Of a DNA stretch of 64,000 bases, positions 61,614-64,000 are shown piece after piece. Every line of letters starts with the position of its first letter. The stretch's first letter is position 1. Both the position numbers and the translations under genes were made by a program. Under the pieces are notes generated by a model. It did no database searches. It worked only from the letters and a program-made list of their open reading frames with translations, and was not told the DNA's origin. The DNA comes from Vulcanimicrobiales bacterium (GTDB lineage: Bacteria; Vulcanimicrobiota; Vulcanimicrobiia; Vulcanimicrobiales; Vulcanimicrobiaceae): NCBI GenBank assembly GCA_038231455.1, contig JBBRLI010000003.1:128001-192000 (forward strand), read 5' to 3'.

Positions 61614-62093
61614 ATGGAAAACGAGGGCCATGTCCAGTGGTTTGACGGGCTCTACGGCGGCTTACTCGCCGGAGCGATCGTGGCGGTCTTTTATGGGATC
61701 GTAAGCGTCGCTATTCTGCACGACTTCACGCTCGCGGGATTTTTCGCCGACGTCGCCTCGAGCGTGATCGGCTCGCGCGCTACACCCGACAACGGCGTCG
61801 CCGTTGCGCTCGGCGTCGGAATGCACTTCCTCATCTCGGGGATTTTCGGGCTCTTCTACGGGATTCTCGCCCTCAAATTTCGCTCGATGTGGCACGCCCC
61901 GTATTCGATCATCTGGGGCTGCTCGTACGGCTTCCTCGTGTGGTTTGTCATTGCGAACGTGATGGTGCCGGCATTCGGCATCGTCAACATTCAGCCGCTC
62001 TGGGAAGCCCTTGTTGCCAACATCGTGTTCTTCGGCTTCATCCTTTCTGAATACATCACGGTCATCCGATCGCGCAACGCCGCCACCGCGTAA
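61614..62093 (+). CDS. Hypothetical 4-TM membrane protein
   Basis: Four hydrophobic helices; HF motif in helix 2. Confidence 0.75.
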   Translation: MENEGHVQWFDGLYGGLLAGAIVAVFYGIVSVAILHDFTLAGFFADVASSVIGSRATPDNGVAVALGVGMHFLISGIFGLFYGILALKFRSMWHAPYSIIWGCSYGFLVWFVIANVMVPAFGIVNIQPLWEALVANIVFFGFILSEYITVIRSRNAATA

Positions 62094-62593
62094 TTCTCGC
62101 CGGCCTTCTGCTTGCCGTCGCGCTCGTAACGGGCGCCGACGCGCGCCGTCATACCGCGCCATCGACGGGCCTTGCGGGCGTGCAGTACGATCGTGCACCG
62201 CCGAATTTCACGTTCGATCTTGGCAACGGGCCGACGTCGCTTGCGGCGCTTGCGGGCCGTCCGGTGCTGATCAATTTTTGGGCGAGCTATTGCGAACCGT
62301 GCACGCAAGAACTTCCGGCATTCGAGAAAATCCGGCGCACGTACGGCAATCGCGTTGCGGTCATCACGCTCTCGAATGAGGGTGACGGCGCGCGCGACTA
62401 TCTTATCGCGCACCACTTCACTCTTCCGCTCGTCGACGATCGCGATAATGTGGTCTGGAAAAAATACGGCGTGCTGCCGATCCCGACGACCATTCTCCTA
62501 CGCCCGAACGGAACGGTGCGCTACGTAACGGTCGGTGAAACGAGTTACGATGAATTCGCCGCGCTACTCGGGGCTCCGAACGCTGATTCTTAA
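62093..62593 (+). CDS. TlpA-family thiol-disulfide oxidoreductase; true start uncertain (first canonical GTG 62180)
   Basis: NFWASYCEPC, IPTT; in-frame signal-like helix upstream of 62180. Confidence 0.8.
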   Translation: MLAGLLLAVALVTGADARRHTAPSTGLAGVQYDRAPPNFTFDLGNGPTSLAALAGRPVLINFWASYCEPCTQELPAFEKIRRTYGNRVAVITLSNEGDGARDYLIAHHFTLPLVDDRDNVVWKKYGVLPIPTTILLRPNGTVRYVTVGETSYDEFAALLGAPNADS

Positions 62594-62607
62594 GCGGATT
62601 GCTCGCT

Positions 62608-62871
62608 CTATGCGTCGTCGGCATCGAGGATGTCAAGAATGCACGTGAGTTCGGGACGTCCGGCCATCACCGGATTGCGCTCGCGGATGAGCGCTTGGTC
62701 GGTCGGCGACGCTCGACCACGAACGATTCAAGCTTCGCCCGGCAACTCGGCACGCAGTTTGTCGATGGTGCGCGGGAGCAAGAAGAACCTAAGGAGCGTT
62801 TCACGGGCTGGGCGCGGGCGGGCGTTCGCGGCGCCATCCAAGGTCCTTCGCTCTGCGATTGGTCCACGCAT
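62608..62871 (-). pseudogene. Probable DUF5069-like gene remnant
   Basis: PRPARETLLRFFLLPRTIDKLRAELPG then stop; C-terminal ...ILDILDADDA* in another frame. Confidence 0.45.
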
Positions 62872-62899
62872 TGACCGCCGGGCATCGGGATGGTAGTCT
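62871..62899 (+). promoter_or_regulatory. Sigma70-type promoter for hrcA
   Basis: TTGACC-N17-TAGTCT with extended -10 TG. Confidence 0.7.
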
Positions 62900-62910
62900 T
62901 AAGAGTAATT

Positions 62911-62937
62911 CTGGCAGTCCGTTCTGCCGACTGCTAA
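62911..62937. promoter_or_regulatory. CIRCE operator
   Basis: CTGGCAGTC-N9-GACTGCTAA versus consensus TTAGCACTC-N9-GAGTGCTAA, directly before hrcA. Confidence 0.9.
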
Positions 62938-62944
62938 CATAACG

Positions 62945-63991
62945 ATGAACGATAAAATCGAGCTCGACAAGCGCAAGGCATTCATTCTGGCGACCGTGGT
63001 GTACGAATACATCGCCACGGCCGAACCGGTTGGTTCCAACACGCTCACCCAGAAGTATAATCTGGGCGTCAGCTCGGCGACCATCCGTAACGAGATGGCC
63101 GAACTCGAGGCGCTCGGTTACTTGGTTCAGCCGCACACGTCGGCCGGCCGCGTCCCCTCGGATGCCGGTTATCGGACATATGTCGACCAGTTGATGGCCC
63201 CCGAGTCCCTTGCGAATGACGAAACGCGGCGGATTCGGGACGAATTTCGGGAAGCCAGCCGCGAACTTGACGGCGTCATCGAGCAAACCTCGCGCCTCCT
63301 CTCGGGCCTCTCGCGTAACGTTGCCTTCGCGCTTGCCCCGGCGCGCGACACGCACATTTTCCGCCATATCCAGCTGATCTGGCTTGGCGAACGCAGCGGC
63401 CTTGCCGTGATCGTCACCTCGATCGGCGTTGCCTCGCAGATGTCGTTCGAGTGGACCAGCAACGTCAGCGCGGATGACCTCACGCGCCTCTCAAACGCCC
63501 TCAATGTCGAACTCCACGGCAAGGTGATGGGGGACATCGATCGCGCGACCCTTGCATCCGTCGTCGCCGCGCAGCGGTTAGGCGACGATGTACGCCTGGC
63601 GGTGGAATCGGCGTTCTACGGCGCGCGTCGAAGTGAAGAGACGGCGCTCGCCACTGCGGGCACGCAGAATTTGCTCGACCAACCCGAATTTCATGACTTG
63701 CGCAAGTTGCGCTCGATCTTACGCATCATCGAGGAGCAGAAGACCCTGTACGATCTCATCGCCGACTCGATGAACGCTGAGGCCGCGACCATTAAAATCG
63801 GTCACGAACTCGGTTCCGACGAAATGGCCGAATGTAGTCTTGTCACCGTGCCGTATAAATTCGGCGACCGCGGCGTTGGCGTGCTCGCGATTCTCGGGCC
63901 GCGTCGCATGCCGTATGGTCGGCTGATGGCCCTTGCCACCGGCACGGCCGACTCACTCGGCGCCTATTTGGATAACGTCGAGATCCGCTGA
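62945..63991 (+). CDS. hrcA: Heat-inducible transcription repressor
   Basis: EPVGS, SSATIRNEM, QPHTSAGRVP, GPRRMPY. Confidence 0.97.
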   Translation: MNDKIELDKRKAFILATVVYEYIATAEPVGSNTLTQKYNLGVSSATIRNEMAELEALGYLVQPHTSAGRVPSDAGYRTYVDQLMAPESLANDETRRIRDEFREASRELDGVIEQTSRLLSGLSRNVAFALAPARDTHIFRHIQLIWLGERSGLAVIVTSIGVASQMSFEWTSNVSADDLTRLSNALNVELHGKVMGDIDRATLASVVAAQRLGDDVRLAVESAFYGARRSEETALATAGTQNLLDQPEFHDLRKLRSILRIIEEQKTLYDLIADSMNAEAATIKIGHELGSDEMAECSLVTVPYKFGDRGVGVLAILGPRRMPYGRLMALATGTADSLGAYLDNVEIR

Positions 63992-64000
63992 TGCCTGCCG

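Noticed and set aside
63991-64000. Start of the gene after hrcA (ATG overlapping the TGA)
   Set aside because: Only three codons are visible, so it cannot be identified.

Overview
High-GC bacterial chromosomal segment. Gene content resembles Eremiobacterota/Vulcanimicrobiota; this is an inference and was not tested. It carries housekeeping blocks (rbfA end-nrnA-truB-ribF; pnuC-nadR; ppx-phoPR-pstSCAB; ada; tdh/kbl; tRNA-fMet; add-DtxR-rhomboid-DinG; acs; CIRCE-hrcA) and several unusual features. (i) A 7-gene coupled operon with methyltransferase, FAD oxidoreductase, SRPBCC cyclase, a lone FabF-type ketosynthase and an AttE/F/H-like ABC-lipocalin module. (ii) Inside that operon, a 143-bp Y-shaped palindromic element with 30-bp perfect terminal inverted repeats, read in frame in the lipocalin N-terminus and centred in a ~1.6-kb zone where + strand third-position C is strongly depleted. 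(iii) A ~2,150-codon poly-HAMP hybrid kinase broken by one CAG>TAG, with a degenerate CheR and a divergent GAF-PP2C-HATPase gene. (iv) A Zn-finger plus hydrophobic-helix Clp ATPase with no ClpP-docking loop. (v) Three genes that seem to need ATH (non-canonical) starts. (vi) A probable 6S-like RNA upstream of tdh. (vii) A decayed accessory patch at the tRNA-fMet 3' end. No CRISPR array, rRNA or intact transposase/integrase was seen.
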